Notes: generated from the sequence alone by a model not told the origin. 64,000 bases of DNA from Octopus vulgaris (GCA_951406725.2 OX597823.1:61318001-61382000); one strand, 5' to 3'; counted from the first letter of the stretch, positions 26,058 to 40,582 are shown. Program-made: numbers and translations.

Positions 26058-26845
26058 AGGAGAGGGAGGGGAGGAGGAGGAGGAGATGCAAAAGGATCAA
26101 TGATGATAAAGATGACGATGATGTTGTTGAAGCTGATGATGATGTTAATGATGATGCTGATGATGATGAGAAAGAGGAATTGGAGGAGAGGGGGAGGAGG
26201 AGGTGGATCAATGATGGTGATGATGTTGATGATGAATATGATGATGGGTATGATGATGACGAAGATGACGGTGATGATGATGATGATGATGATGATGATG
26301 AGGATGAATATGATGATGATGATGAGGAGGAGGAGGAGGGGAGGAGGAGGAGATGCAAAAGGATCAATGATGATAAAGATGACGATGATGTTGTTGAAGT
26401 TGATGATGATGTTAATGATGATGATGAGAAAGAGGAATTGGAGGAGAGGGGGAGGAGGAGGTGGATCAATGATGGTGATGATGTTGATGATGAATATGAT
26501 GATGGGTATGATGATGACGAAGATGACGGTGATGATGAGGAGGAGGATGAATATGATAATGATGATGATGAGGAGGAGGAGAGGGAGGGGAGGAGGAGGA
26601 GGAGATGCAAAAGGATCAATGATGATAAAGATGACGATGATGTTGTTGAAGCTGATGATGATGTTGATGATGATGCTGATGATGAGGAGGAGGAGGTGGA
26701 GAAGGAGAGGCGGAGGAGGTGGAGGAGGAGAGGCGGAGGAGTTGGATCAATGATGGTGATGATGTTGATGATGAATATGATGATGGGTATGATGATGACG
26801 AAGCTGACGGTGATGATAAATATGATGATGATGATGATGATGATA
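26058..26845. repeat. Compound (GAT)n/(GAG)n microsatellite with a ~260-bp higher-order unit repeated about 3 times
   Basis: GAGATGCAAAAGGATCAATGATGATAAAGATGACG recurs near 26083, 26350 and 26602. Confidence 0.85.
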
Positions 26846-27164
26846 GTAACAATATCAACTATCATCTCACTATTACACAGCTACATCAGTACCACCAAAC
26901 TATGGAAACAGCTCACACACGCTATTGACTACAACTACCACCCCTACTGCACTCCACCACTGCTACCACCACTACCACAATGTATAAGTGTACAGCTGCT
27001 GTTTGATAAAACGCAGACAGATATAAATGACAGAAGCTGCTAATTACATCTACACACACTGGAGAGGTGAAGCTTTGTATACACACAGAGAGACATATAT
27101 GCATACATACTTACATATATTCATGCACACATACATATATACATATACAGATATGTGTATACAT

Positions 27165-27215
<51 letters not shown>

Positions 27216-27262
27216 CATACATACATAAATATATTTATATATTTATATATATATATATTTAA

Positions 27263-27293
<31 letters not shown>

Positions 27294-27344
27294 CATACAT
27301 ATACATATGTAAATACATATACGTATAAATGTATATATATACAT

Positions 27345-27432
<88 letters not shown>

Positions 27433-28029
27433 GTATGTATGTGTGTGTATATATGTATGTATATATATGTATATATATATATATACATATGTATGTGTAT
27501 ATATATATGTATGTATATATCTATATCTATGTGTGTGTGTGTTTGTGTGTGTGCATGTGTGTATGTGCATGTGTGTGTGTGTTTGAATATTTATGTATAT
27601 ACATATGTATATATGCATACATACATACATACATACACACATATATATATGTATAAGTGTATGTATATGTGCATGTGTATATATCCAAACATACACATAA
27701 GTGTGCAGATATAATAAATCTGTGAGCTGTAGCATTGTGAGTTATAGGATCCCAATGGGCTAATCTCTGGTTCATTGCATTTATAATGGCATTTAACAGA
27801 GACAAGGGAACTTATAAATGCTATCAGGGGATTTTGTTCGAAGAGCGCTGGTTTTTCACAATGTTTATATCCTTCTCCTCTCCTATATATACATATACAT
27901 GTACATATATATGTATATATATATATGGCAAAAGATAAACATACATACAAATATACACATACAGACATATATAGATATATATATATATATATGTCTGTAT
28001 GTGTATATTTGTGTGTATATTTATATATA

Positions 28030-28442
28030 GGCGCAGGAGTGGCTGTGTGGTAAGTAGCTTGTTTACCAACCACATGGTTCCGGGTACAGTCCCACTGCGT
28101 GGCACCTTAGGCAAGTGTCTTCTACTATAGCCTCGGGCCGCCCAAAGCCTTGTGAGTGGATTTGGTAGATGGAAACTGAAAGAAGCCCGTCGTATATATG
28201 TATATATATATGTGCGTGTGTGTGTGTGTGTTTGTGTGTCTGTGTTTGTCCCCCTAACATTGCCTGACAACCGATGCTGGTGTGTTTATGTCCCCGTTAC
28301 TTAGCGATTCGGCAAAAGAGGCCGATAGAATAAGTACTGGGCTTACAAAATAATAAGTCCCGGGCTCGAGTTGCTCGATTAAAGGCGGTGCTCCAGCATG
28401 GCCGCAGTCAAATGACTGAAACAAGTAAAAGAGAGTAAAAGA
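28030..28442 (+). mobile_element. Family A SINE, full length, well preserved
   Basis: All diagnostic motifs present; closely matches 17740-18145 and 61169-61614. Confidence 0.88.
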
Positions 28443-28465
28443 TATATATATATATATATATACAT

Positions 28466-28811
28466 ATGGAACGTCCTAGAAGAGTTAGTACCTAACTTTG
28501 GCATTGAGTGTTATACAAATGCCAGAACTGGCTGCCATTGTATTGTACCAAAGGTACCATCCACTATATCTAAATTCAGGACCAGGTACTAGACATCCTC
28601 TTCACCACAATACCAGATGAACCAATAGCCTGGCATGAGGTACAGAGGAAGGTAGTGGAATCAAACTCCATTATACACCAAATGTACCAACTGCTGGGGC
28701 AAAAGCACATACAAATGTGGTGATGTGAAACACACAGACTGAGGAAGACAGAAAGACCGTGGTGGTACCTCCAGCATGACCACCGCCGCAAGGCTGAAAT
28801 GAGTAAAAGAG
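28466..28811 (+). mobile_element. CR1/L2-group LINE 3' fragment with internal deletion
   Basis: WNVLEELVPNFGIECYTNARTGCHCIVPKVP..SKFRTRY; homologous to 48060-48530 (-). Confidence 0.7.
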
Positions 28812-28819
28812 CATATATA

Positions 28820-29365
28820 TCTCTATATATAAAACTGAAATGCGTTTTTACCGCTTGGTTCACTTTCAATGCCACTACATCCCGTCCGATTCGCTCCAAA
28901 ATTTACAGGGACATGTAGAATGAGGTGACGATGCGCGTGGGCTACCTTAGAAATCCCTATCTTAAAAGGTGTGGTTGCTAGGGGCCATCTTCCTACCTCA
29001 CCCTATTTCCTCCAGTACTCTGTCACTCCTCTTCATTTGACAATGCAACTACCGTTATTTAATGTAAAGTCTTCCTCAAATCACTCTGTCACTCTTTACT
29101 CTCTTCCAAGAACATTTTCACTCACTCTTATCTCTTACCTTCCTATACATTTTACTCATGTATCTATCAGCGTTCATGGACAGTAACAAATATTACATCA
29201 CCATCCCCATCGCCATCGCATTCTATTGTCTACCTGTCAACACACACACACACACATATATATACATATATCTAATATATTTTTATTTTTATGTTTTTGT
29301 TTTTGGTTTTTTACTGTTTCATTTCCCTATTAGTGGTTTTATCTCTAATTTAATTTCTACAGCGT

Positions 29366-29410
<45 letters not shown>

Positions 29411-30300
29411 TATGTGGCCTCAGTACACCCGAATGAAATCGGGTTCTCTTCATCAAAATGTGAAAAGGGGTCTACAATTATCATCGCCACAACTTATGTA
29501 TGTCTTCCTCACTCACTCACTCTTTTTCCTAATGATAATTATCATCGCCACCACCAACACCACCAACACACAATCATTCTCTTATAACAAATCATGTTTA
29601 CATTGCAACGACGTCTGCCACCTCCGCCGTCTCTATTCATTCTGCAAATGACCAGAACTCGGGAAACTTGGTTTAGTGTTCTATGGTCTATCACCAGAAC
29701 TCGGGAAACTTGGTTGAGTGTTCTATGGTCTATGACCAGAACTCGGGAAACTTGCTTGACTGTTCTATGGTCTATGACCAGAAATCGGGAAACTTGGTTG
29801 AGTGTTCTATGGTCTATGATCAGAACTTGGGAAACTTGGTTGAGTCCTCATCTTATAAAATGTGGCCCCAGTAGACCCAAATGAAATCGGGTTATATTAA
29901 CCAAAAGGTGAAAAGGGGTATAAATGGGGCTGGAAGGGGATTAAAATTTAAAGGAGCGGGTGTTTAGCAATTCTCTGTTACATCAAGCTAAAAAATTTGC
30001 TCCAGCCTTTTAATCGTCAATGTGTTGCCGTCCATGATGAAGAAGTTTTGAATGCTTGCCATCGTGAGTCTACTGTCGTGAGAAAGAATTAAGTCAAAAC
30101 TTGGTTTTTAGGGATTTTCTTTTACATCAAGTTCAAAATTTTACGCCAGCCGTTGAACTGTCAATACGTTGCTGTCCGTCGTGAAGAAATGCCAGCCATG
30201 GTGACTCTACTATCCTCAAATTCTATCCCTTCAAACTTTGGTTTCCAATATTTTATTATTTTTATTCAGCTCGCAAGTTCGTATGTCCCTTTTAAATGTT
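28820..30300 (+). mobile_element. Possible non-autonomous Helitron-like element with internal repeats
   Basis: Starts TCTCTATATATAAAACTG after an A; CpG-richer body with several internal direct repeats. The 3' CTAG end was not found, so the right boundary is uncertain. Confidence 0.35.
29648..29845 (+). repeat. 42-bp minisatellite, about 4.7 copies
   Basis: Unit ATGACCAGAACTCGGGAAACTTGGTTGAGTGTTCTATGGTCT starts at 29648, 29690, 29732, 29774 and 29816. Confidence 0.93.
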
Positions 30301-30539
30301 AGTGTTTTGCTGTCTCTCTTCAAGCAGACCTTTCCTTTGTAACTGCCTGATATTTATGATTGATCTTTCTAAATATTTTATTTCTCACCTTACTCAAGAT
30401 CTTTTGTTGTTTATAAATGGGAGAGAGATACATAAAGATAGAGAGTAAGAGAAAGCGAGGGAGAGTCCGAGAGAAAGGAAGAGTAAGAGAGTGGGAAAGT
30501 GAGAGAGAAAGGAGAAAGAAACAAAGAGGGAGAATCATC

Positions 30540-30850
30540 ATCATCATCATCATCATCGTTTAACGTCCGTTTTCCGTGCTAGCACGGGTTGGACAGTTTG
30601 ACAGGGGTCTGGGAAGCCAGGAGGCTGCACCAGGCTCCAGTCTGATCTGGCAGTGTTTCGACAGGTGGATGCCCTTCCTAACGCCAACCACTCTGTGAGC
30701 GTAGTGGGTGCTTTTTTCGTGCCGCCTGCACAAGTGCCAGGGGGCTGGCAGCGGCCACGATCGGTTGGTGCTTTTTACGTGCCACCAGCACAGAAGCCAG
30801 TCAAGGCGGCGCTGCAATCCGCCACGTTCGGATGGTGCTTTTTACGTGCT
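30540..30850 (-). mobile_element. Family B SINE-like repeat
   Basis: Reverse complement of the 662-1006 family. Confidence 0.75.
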
Positions 30851-30916
30851 GAAAGGAAGTAACAGAAAGTAACAACCACACTCTTACCCATGCGTAGAGC
30901 GGGTTACCTTCAGCTA

Positions 30917-30974
<58 letters not shown>

Positions 30975-30995
30975 GCATATATATATATATATGTG

Positions 30996-31040
<45 letters not shown>

Positions 31041-31099
31041 GTATATATATGTATAGATATATATATATATATATATATATATGCATATATACATATAGT

Positions 31100-31350
31100 G
31101 GAGTCACATGGCCTAGTGTTTAGAGCAGCAGACTCACAGTTGAGGATCACGGGTTCAAATCTCAGACCAGGCGATGTGTGTGTTTATGAATGAAACTCCA
31201 CGCGGTGCTGGCAGAAGGTAATGGCGAACTTCTGCTGACTCTTTTGCCACAACTTTCTCTCACTCTTTCCTCCTGCATCTTCCAGCTCACCTGCGACGGA
31301 CCAGCATCCTATCCAAGTGGAGGACCTATACGCCAAGGAAACTGGGAAAA
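31100..31350 (+). mobile_element. tRNA-derived SINE (family E)
   Basis: TGGCCTAGTGTTTAG A-box-like and GGTTCAAATC B box; body CCTGCGACGGACCAGCATCCTATCC. Confidence 0.55.
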
Positions 31351-31805
31351 CATGAATCCGGAGCTATGCAGTTGGGAAGCAAGCTTCTTACCACACAGCC
31401 ACTCATGTGCCTGTTATTATTTACTTGTTTCAGTCATTGGACTGCAGCCATACTAAGGCACTGCCTTGAAGGGTGTTTTCAGTCAAATGAGTCAACCCCA
31501 GTACTTTGTTTTTAAGCCTGATACTCATTCTATTGGTCCCTTTTGCTGAACTGCTAAGTTACCGGGATGTAAACTCACCTGCACCAATTGTGTCAAGTGG
31601 TGGTGGAAGACAAACACAAGCACAAAGGTGCATGCACACACACACACACATGTATGTTTGTATGTATATATGATAAAAATCTTTCAGTTTCTATCTATTA
31701 AACACACTCACATGGCTTTGGTCAGCTTGAGGTTATAGTAGAACACAGTTGCCCAAGGGGCCATGCAGTTGGGCTGAACCTGGAATCATGTAGTTAGAAA
31801 GCCAA
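31350..31805 (-). mobile_element. Family A SINE pieces
   Basis: Head fragment at ~31350-31412, then a longer copy starting TTTACTTGTTTCAGTC. Confidence 0.7.
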
Positions 31806-32512
31806 AGTCAGTACATGCAGCAGAACACTTGTCCATTCTGACCTGTATATCCTGTTCTGTTGAGACACTGTTGCTCTTTGGCAACAAGTACAATCTGACA
31901 TTCATGACAACTCACACAATCTAGAAGGGGTTTTACATTCCACCTGTAAATGTTAAAATTTTTAATCTTTAGAATTAAATCTTATATCAAGCCTTTGTCC
32001 AGTCCTGCCCTTGATCAACTGATGTTAGTTAAAGTCATCTAACCAGCATATCTGGTTAGGCAGGTTTTAGTGCACCTTTTCTAGCAACTTCCCAGACATA
32101 GAGTAACTGGATGAGTAGTGCTCTCCTAAAAGAGGTCACTAAGATACTGGAAATTCTGTCCATGAAAACATGACACTGAGATTAGGGTAAGTTTTCTTCT
32201 GCTTTGTGTGGGGATTTAAGACTGTGTGCTTCGAACTGGTTTAGTCTGTGCATGTTGTCTCTCCTCTATCAGCACAGGACCTTAGTAGAGAAACAAGCTG
32301 GACCAGATAAAATGAGACACCAGTGCATCATGGGATTAAAGTGACGTACATTTGTATTAAATATATCCTGCTCTCTAAATATCAGTAATGGAAATCTTGT
32401 GACGAGCTTTGCAAGATGACCAGCAGCTACATCAAATGCAAGTTTGCTTTCAGAGTATGCTCTCTCTTAGACTACAAGTCAAGAGAGATTTCAAAGAAGC
32501 ACTGTGTGGAAG

Positions 32513-32552
<40 letters not shown>

Positions 32553-32555
32553 CAC

Positions 32556-32608
<53 letters not shown>

Positions 32609-32865
32609 GGCACAAGCACCTACACGCATATATATATATATATAACTTCCGCCTGCCGATAATCACACATTTTTTCTCCCAAAGTGCCACGCAGTGGACT
32701 GAACCGAAACCATTTAGAAAGCAAGCTCTGTGTGTCCCTTTATGTAGAAGAGCGTAGGCTCAAATGTAAAAGACTTTTTCTATTCCTGAGTGTTATACTA
32801 ATACATCTGTTTGTTTTGTACACCATCTGTCTTTGTCTTTTGTTTTTTTCCGTAAACTCTCCCTA

Positions 32866-32944
<79 letters not shown>

Positions 32945-33159
32945 GTATGTAATATATATATATTGGTAAAACGGTAAGATAACAAAAGAAAGAAAGAGAC
33001 CTCAATATTATGTAAATAGAGGAAATTTATCTGTAAATTAATATGTGACAATTATTCAATAGCCAAGATAAAACTCATTTTGAGTTTCGGATGCTGAAGT
33101 GGAAATTCACAACACCATCTCTTCGGTCATATGTGAATAATTGTCACATATTAATTTAC

Positions 33160-33202
<43 letters not shown>

Positions 33203-33236
33203 CATACATACATACATACATACATACATACATACA

Positions 33237-33269
<33 letters not shown>

Positions 33270-33704
33270 GTAAATAAAAAAAATTAAAAAATTTTATCAA
33301 TTCAATAATGAAAGATTAAATTATACCATTTAGAAAAATTACATATTATAGAATGATTAAATATAAGATAAAACATATAACAATGATTAAGTAATGTGTA
33401 TAATAATAAATAAAACATATATATTTGGTATTTCTAAATTGAATTTTTTCCTGTAAGTTTGGAATAATATTCCCTCATATTATTATTATTTTATATATGT
33501 ATGTATGTATGTATGTGTGTATGTATGTATGTATGTATGTATGTATGTATGTATGTATGTATGTATGTATGTATGTATGTATGTATGTATGTATGTATGT
33601 TCTATAGAAAATAAAGAAATTCTCAAACACAGGGTGGTTATGAAGACAGCTTAGAAGATTGGGTAAATACCTTTTTAAGACAGAAAAAAGTGACCTGTAA
33701 GCCA

Positions 33705-34095
33705 GTAGTGGCATTTTGTCTGTCTCTACATTTTGAGTTCAAATTCTGCCCAAGTCAAATTTGCCTTTCATCCTTTCTGGGTTGATAAAATAAGTACCAG
33801 TTGAGCACTGGAGGTTGATGTAATCAACTTAACTCCATCCCCGAAATTGCTGGCCTTGTGCAAAAAAATTTGAAACCATTATCCAAGGTGGTGAGCTGGC
33901 AGAATTGTTGGCACACCAGACACAATGCTTAGTGGCATCTCTTCTGGTTTTACTTTCTGAATTTAAATTACTCCAGGGTTGACTTTGTCTTTCACCCTTT
34001 CGGGGATGATAAAACAAGTACCAGATAAACACTGGAGTTGATGTAATTGGCTTTCCCCTTTCTTAAATTTCAGGCCTTGTGCCTATAGCAGAAAA
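33705..34095 (+). mobile_element. Two tandem copies of a short SINE-like repeat
   Basis: TTTG(C/T)CTTTCA(T/C)CCTTTC.GGG.TGATAAAA.AAGTACCAG...CACTGGAG..TGATGTAAT...GGCCTTGTGC occurs twice. Confidence 0.65.
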
Positions 34096-35425
34096 TATAA
34101 TTCATAGCTAAATATGCTTGAAGATCCATTATTCCAAAAAAGAATTAATTAGGAGGGAAATAACTCAAGTGAACTAATAGCATAAATTTAGGCACACAAG
34201 TAATGTGGTGGTGGGGATGTACTGAACGTGGTGTGTGCAAAGAACTTTCAATTAATCAAAATGTTCCTCTTAGTTAGAGAAAGAAAACAAAGATAAAGTT
34301 AATTGTTAGTAACAACTCAAAGTAGAAGGGAGATAATTATAAGTAAGAATGACGTGTGTCTTTGTTCTGACAGAGATTGTCTGGCAGTAATGTGTAAAAG
34401 CATGTTTGTGTGTGTGTGTGTGTACGTGCGTGTTTTAGCATGTTCATGTGTATGGTGTGTGTTTTTGTAAGATTGTATATGTATTTCTGTTTGTGTGTAC
34501 ACATGTTTTTGTTTCGATATGTGTGGGTGTGTGTGTGTGCGCGCTTATGCATGTATTGGTATATGTTTGTGTGTGTGTGTGTGTGTTTCTGCATGCACAT
34601 TTATGTTTAGGTCTATATTTCTTTGTATATGTGTGTTTATGTGTATATGTGTGTATATGTGTGTATATGTTTCTATGTATATGTGTGTATAGAGTTTCAT
34701 TTGTGTCTGTGCGTCTATCTATATGTGAACTTCTGTCTGCTAACATGTGTATGTGTATGTATACTCGCATGCATTTGTGCATGTATTGCTACACATATTT
34801 GTGTTTATATGAGTGTGTGTGTGTGTGTGTGTCTGTGTGTGTGTTTGTACATGTATTGATGTGTGTGCTTGTGTATGTATCGATGTGTGCATATGTGTTT
34901 ATATGTATGTGTTTTTGTTTGTAAATGTGAGTGAAATTGTGTGATTGGTATATGTGCTCTTCTTTTGTGTGTGTGTGTGTGTGTACATGTGTCTACATGT
35001 ACATGCATTTTTCTTTTGTGAATGTGTGTGGACTTGTGCATGCAGTGTGTGTGTTTATGAGTGTTTGCAATTGTACGTGTATGGCTACAAGTGTTTGTGT
35101 ATGCGTCTACATTTATGTGTGTTTTTCTTTTGTGAATTGCATGAACTTCTACATGTTGTGTGTGTGTGTGTATGTGTGTACATGTGTGTCTGCATCTGTG
35201 TCTGAGTCTGTGTCTGTGTGTGTGTATGTGTGGTATTGTGTTGTCTCTTCTGTCAGTGAAGTACACAAACAATATTGATCACTTCTAGAAGAAATATGTG
35301 TCACACCTTCTATGTTACACTGTCAACTAAACCAGCTTCTTCTTTATGTTGCAGAATGGGGGAAGTCATACAATTAAAACAGAAGGTGAGAGAGCAAGCG
35401 GTGTGAGAAATAGACAGAGGGAGAT

Positions 35426-35462
<37 letters not shown>

Positions 35463-35808
35463 AAAGGAGGCAATATGAATGTGAAAATAAGAAGGAGATA
35501 GTAAGACCGATAGCTGCATAGAGAAATAAAAAGAAAATCAGATGATAAAAAGCTGTGCTTATATCAAAGGGAAAAAAGAAAATGATTTGATTTTCTTTCA
35601 TTACTGGTGGTGGTGTGTTTCTCCCGAAATCTCCATTAAAAAAAACAAAACAATCCAAGAATGACTGTGTAGTAATAAGTTTAAATCTCAACCACATAGT
35701 TTTGGGTTCAGTTCCACTGGATAGCACCTTAGTCTAATGTCTTCTAGTGAAGCCCCAAGCTGACCAAAACATTATGAATGGATCTGGCAGACAGAAACTG
35801 AAAGAAGC

Positions 35809-35916
<108 letters not shown>

Positions 35917-36383
35917 TGTATGTATGTATGTATGTGAGGAGGGTGTTTATTGGTCACCCTGCGGGATGAAAAACAAAACCTGTCAAAGGGCGGAGGAACT
36001 CTTGAGAGTCCACGGCCATCCAATAAATGTCTTAAAGCTGTATCATGCATGGGGACATAGAAATAATCGGATTGAATACCCGATCGCGCAGTTAAACCAT
36101 TGGGAGGGAAGGACTCCTAGCCTTTGTCAGGACATCCTTCTCGGAGAAGGCAACTCAGGTAACTGGGATAACTCCGACATAAAACCTGCGGCTCAGTGGT
36201 TACCGATAATGTTGACTTGTTCTTCTTTTCGGATTATGGCTGCTGTTGCTTAGTGAGTGGGATTGACTCAGTGCACAGCCTTTCCTCACTTAAAAAAATA
36301 TCTTCTTGCACAGGCATTGCATGATAACAACATTGATTAAGCTTTGTGCAATGGCCATACTCGATAACGAGGGGGCAGCCACC

Positions 36384-36414
<31 letters not shown>

Positions 36415-36479
36415 CATACATACATACATACATACATACATACATACATACATACATACACACACACACATATATATAC

Positions 36480-37030
36480 ACTTACTTCATTCATTCCATT
36501 CTTTGTTCTTTCGTTCCCATCTCTCCACATTTCCTGGCCTTCTCTTCATGCTCACTTTCCCCTCCTCTTTCACTTTATTTTGTCCCTTTCATTTTTTCCT
36601 CACCTTGCCTTAATTCTTCTATCCCTCTGCCTCTACCTCTATCTCTTCTCTCCCCACCTGACCAGTGTTTGGCCAAACCTGACGTTTTTTCTTGGTTTGA
36701 CTACCATCCATGCAACATCCATATTCCTCCCTATGCCTGTCAAACCTTATGTCCCTGCCATAAGGCATTACTTTCTCACATGCCAGCTTAATTTAATTCA
36801 TCCTTAGTCGAAAGACACCTGTTGTTATGTCCTGTTATTTGCATTTGTATTTGTATAACATTTCTCCGTGTTTTTCCATCCTTGTTTTTGTATACATTCG
36901 CTGCTTTCTTCCAAGGAATCTAATGCTCTTAGCTTAATTTTTCCTTGGGGCTGGCCAGATTGGAGCAATTTCGAGTACAACCAGCTGAAATTGCAAAGAT
37001 AATCTGGAATTCCTATCATAGATATGTGAT
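36480..37030 (+). repeat. Interspersed repeat with a diverged inverted relative at ~38170-38830
   Basis: Shared AGACACCTGTTGTTAT and TCTAATGCTCTTAGCTTA in opposite orientations. Confidence 0.65.
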
Positions 37031-37742
37031 GAGCTTGCACACAACAGCCAAACACTGTGTCACTGGAACTGTGAAGCGCACAGTTCTATACAAGGATTTT
37101 TGTATTTTTCTCATTAACTAGTGGATGGCTACTGACATTAAGCTTACGGATTATATAATGTACAAGTATAAAGAAAAAAGGACTCATTATATTGAATGTT
37201 ATTGATAATATCGAGTGGAAATAGGGGTTGCTGCAGTTCCTCAGTGCCTATACACAAGCCACCACTGCTTTGGCTGACCAAAAATTCCATGCGATATGCA
37301 GCAAGAATGATGTTTGAATGTTTACACTATATACTATGTCAACTTGTATATCGGAAATTATAGAAGGCATCTCATCCATGCCAGTATGAAAAATAAACAT
37401 AAAAGTAATTGAATGAAAAAGGAAATTAAGAAAACAAAGAGCAACAACCCTATTACTGAAACCTCAATGTTCTTAGGTATTTTATCATATGAAAATTAAA
37501 TAATAAACAGAGTTATTGTTTGCCTTTATATCAAACAACAACACAAAATAAAATCCTGTATATTTACTTACTTACATCCAACTGCCAAATTTTGTCTAAC
37601 AAAATTATATGAAATGACAAGCTACAGGATTAGATAAATATTATTGTATGTATAATAATGTTTAAAATTTGCAATGGTTCAATATGCTTTAAAAATATTT
37701 AGTCTTACAGATAAATGATACTCTTAGCGACTGAACTATCTG

Positions 37743-37790
<48 letters not shown>

Positions 37791-38093
37791 TATGCGCAGG
37801 CATGTCTGTGTGGTAAGAAGCTTACTTCCCAACCACATGGTTCCAAGTTCTGTTCTGCTGCATGACACCTTGGGCAAATGTCTTTAACTACAGCTTCAGG
37901 CTGACCAATGCTTTGTGAGTGGATTTGGTAGATGGAAACTGAAAGGAGCCCATCGTATGTATATATATATATGCACACACATACATACATATATACCTGG
38001 TGCAGGTTTCTGGCTTACCAGTTCCAGTCTAACCATCCAACCCATGCCAGCATGGAAAGCAAATATGAAATGATGATTATGATATATATATAT

Positions 38094-38154
<61 letters not shown>

Positions 38155-38889
38155 TATATATATAGAAAAAAATGCAATAGAGGACAATAAAATATTCGGA
38201 CATATAGATGATACAAAGGCAAACAAGAGAAACAACTATTAGAAGGACAGGTAAAAAAAGACAGGTTATTCATGGCCTTCTTTCCTCAATCAAGTTACGG
38301 AAGTCACGACCATTTCGGGCAGTTACACTTGAGATGGTTCGATCTTGTTACCCCCAAAAAGTCTAAGCTAAGAGCATTAGACCCCTTTGTAAGAAAACTA
38401 GTGAATGTGTATGGCAGCAAAGACAAAAAACAAACAAACAAAAAAACGGAGAATACGGTACAAATTTACAAATACAAACAACAAGAAATAACAACAGGTG
38501 TCTTTTGACTGAGAACAAGTCAAATTGAGCTGGCACGTATGAAGTGAAAGCCTAAAGGCAGGAACATAGGAAATGGACATAAGAGGTGTTGTTGGTCCGC
38601 AGTCAGGACTAGAAAGAAAGATCATGGCTGGCCAGACACTGGTCGTGTGGAAGGAGGAGAGATGGGTAGTGGGCAGTGGGATTGAAGGATTAGAAAAAGT
38701 CAGAGACAAAGAGAAAGGTACAGGGGAGATAAATGAGTGAGAAATAGTGGGAGTTAAAGAAAGGGAGGGACAAGAAATGTGAGAGAGGGGACGCAAGAAA
38801 AATGAGAGTGGGAATAAAAGATAGAGTAGGAGTTGTACAAAATTTAGATACATACCTATTATCAGGTGAGCACATGGGTGTATGTACGC

Positions 38890-38977
<88 letters not shown>

Positions 38978-39127
38978 CACCTAGATATATAAGATTGTAG
39001 GAGTGTGTAATTCTTTGTTGCTAAACTAATTGGTATACACAAAAACATAGACACAAGCATATATGTAAATGCATACAAATGCGCATACACCGATACATAT
39101 AATCTGAGATAAGTGTATATATATTTG

Positions 39128-39167
<40 letters not shown>

Positions 39168-39619
39168 TACATATATATATATTTACACAAGTATGTATGT
39201 ATATAGGTATACGTATATACAAACACACACATATGCATATACACACACACACACAAAACACGCACACATGTATGTATATACAATTTATTTGGTATTCTCC
39301 TAGAGAGTTGTTTTAGCTTATTTTTTTGTATGTATTCCATTTATTTTGCATTTATAGTTTTTTTCTTTCTCTTTCTTATCCCAGTGTAAAGACGATATTT
39401 GCTTAGTGGTTGATCTTAAGGACCCAGCTTGCTGTGTCTGAGAGGACATTTTTCTATCTGATTAGTATTGTTGCAGCTTTAGTATATTGGAATATATCCA
39501 ATGCTGTTAATAGCAATCAGTTCTTGAGAGAATGGTACATTTTTTCTCCTCCCCTATTTATTTTATTTTATATTTATTTTTTCATTATCATCACTCAATT
39601 TTCTTTCCCTTTTTACCTA

Positions 39620-39665
<46 letters not shown>

Positions 39666-39681
39666 TATATATATATATATA

Positions 39682-39734
<53 letters not shown>

Positions 39735-39982
39735 TTTTCACTACATATTTGAGGCATTTTTTCCCTTTTTTTTTCTCAGACCTAATTTCTGAGATAATCG
39801 GAACAATGCTGGTAATTCTGCAAAATGTAAAATACATTTTTTAATTACTTTCATTATCTGTAGGTGACATTTTGGCTTTAATAAAGAGATGATTTACTAA
39901 AGTACTAATCTTCTGTAGACACGCACTTTCCTTTCCCTTGTTAGAATGAGGTACAGAAATGGAAATAATATATATATGTGTT

Positions 39983-40022
<40 letters not shown>

Positions 40023-40096
40023 TAAATAATATACATATATATATCTTTATGTATATATAAATATGCATATGTGTATGTATTATATATATATATATT

Positions 40097-40136
<40 letters not shown>

Positions 40137-40155
40137 CACAAAACACCACAACAAA

Positions 40156-40273
<118 letters not shown>

Positions 40274-40521
40274 CATATAGATAGATAAGCACATATATAT
40301 CTAAGTGTATAAACATTTGTCTGTGTATGCAGGTGTGTGCATGCTACATGTTTGCTTTTGTCTATGTGTTTGTACATATGTCTATGCTATATAGTCATAA
40401 AGATATATATATTCATTGTGTATGTGTATGTATATATATATGTATGTATATATATATATATATATATATACATGTAATATAAACATATATATAGACAAAC
40501 CTAGATATTTATTATAAATAC

Positions 40522-40582
<61 letters not shown>

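Noticed and set aside
26180-27043. 287-aa Asp/Glu-rich ORF
   Set aside because: Arises from (GAT)n/(GAG)n repeats that are open in several frames; no domain or splice evidence.
29648-29845. Regularly spaced repeats resembling a CRISPR array
   Set aside because: Units are contiguous with no unique spacers, there are no cas genes, and the context is eukaryotic; it is a minisatellite.
32735-32780. GAAGAGCGTAGGCTCAAATGTAAAAG as a hammerhead remnant
   Set aside because: A small GAGC/GCTC stem is present but both core halves are mismatched; too degenerate to call.
39360-39540. Polypyrimidine tract and CAG acceptor suggesting a plus-strand exon
   Set aside because: All three frames stop shortly after the acceptor; nothing else supports it.
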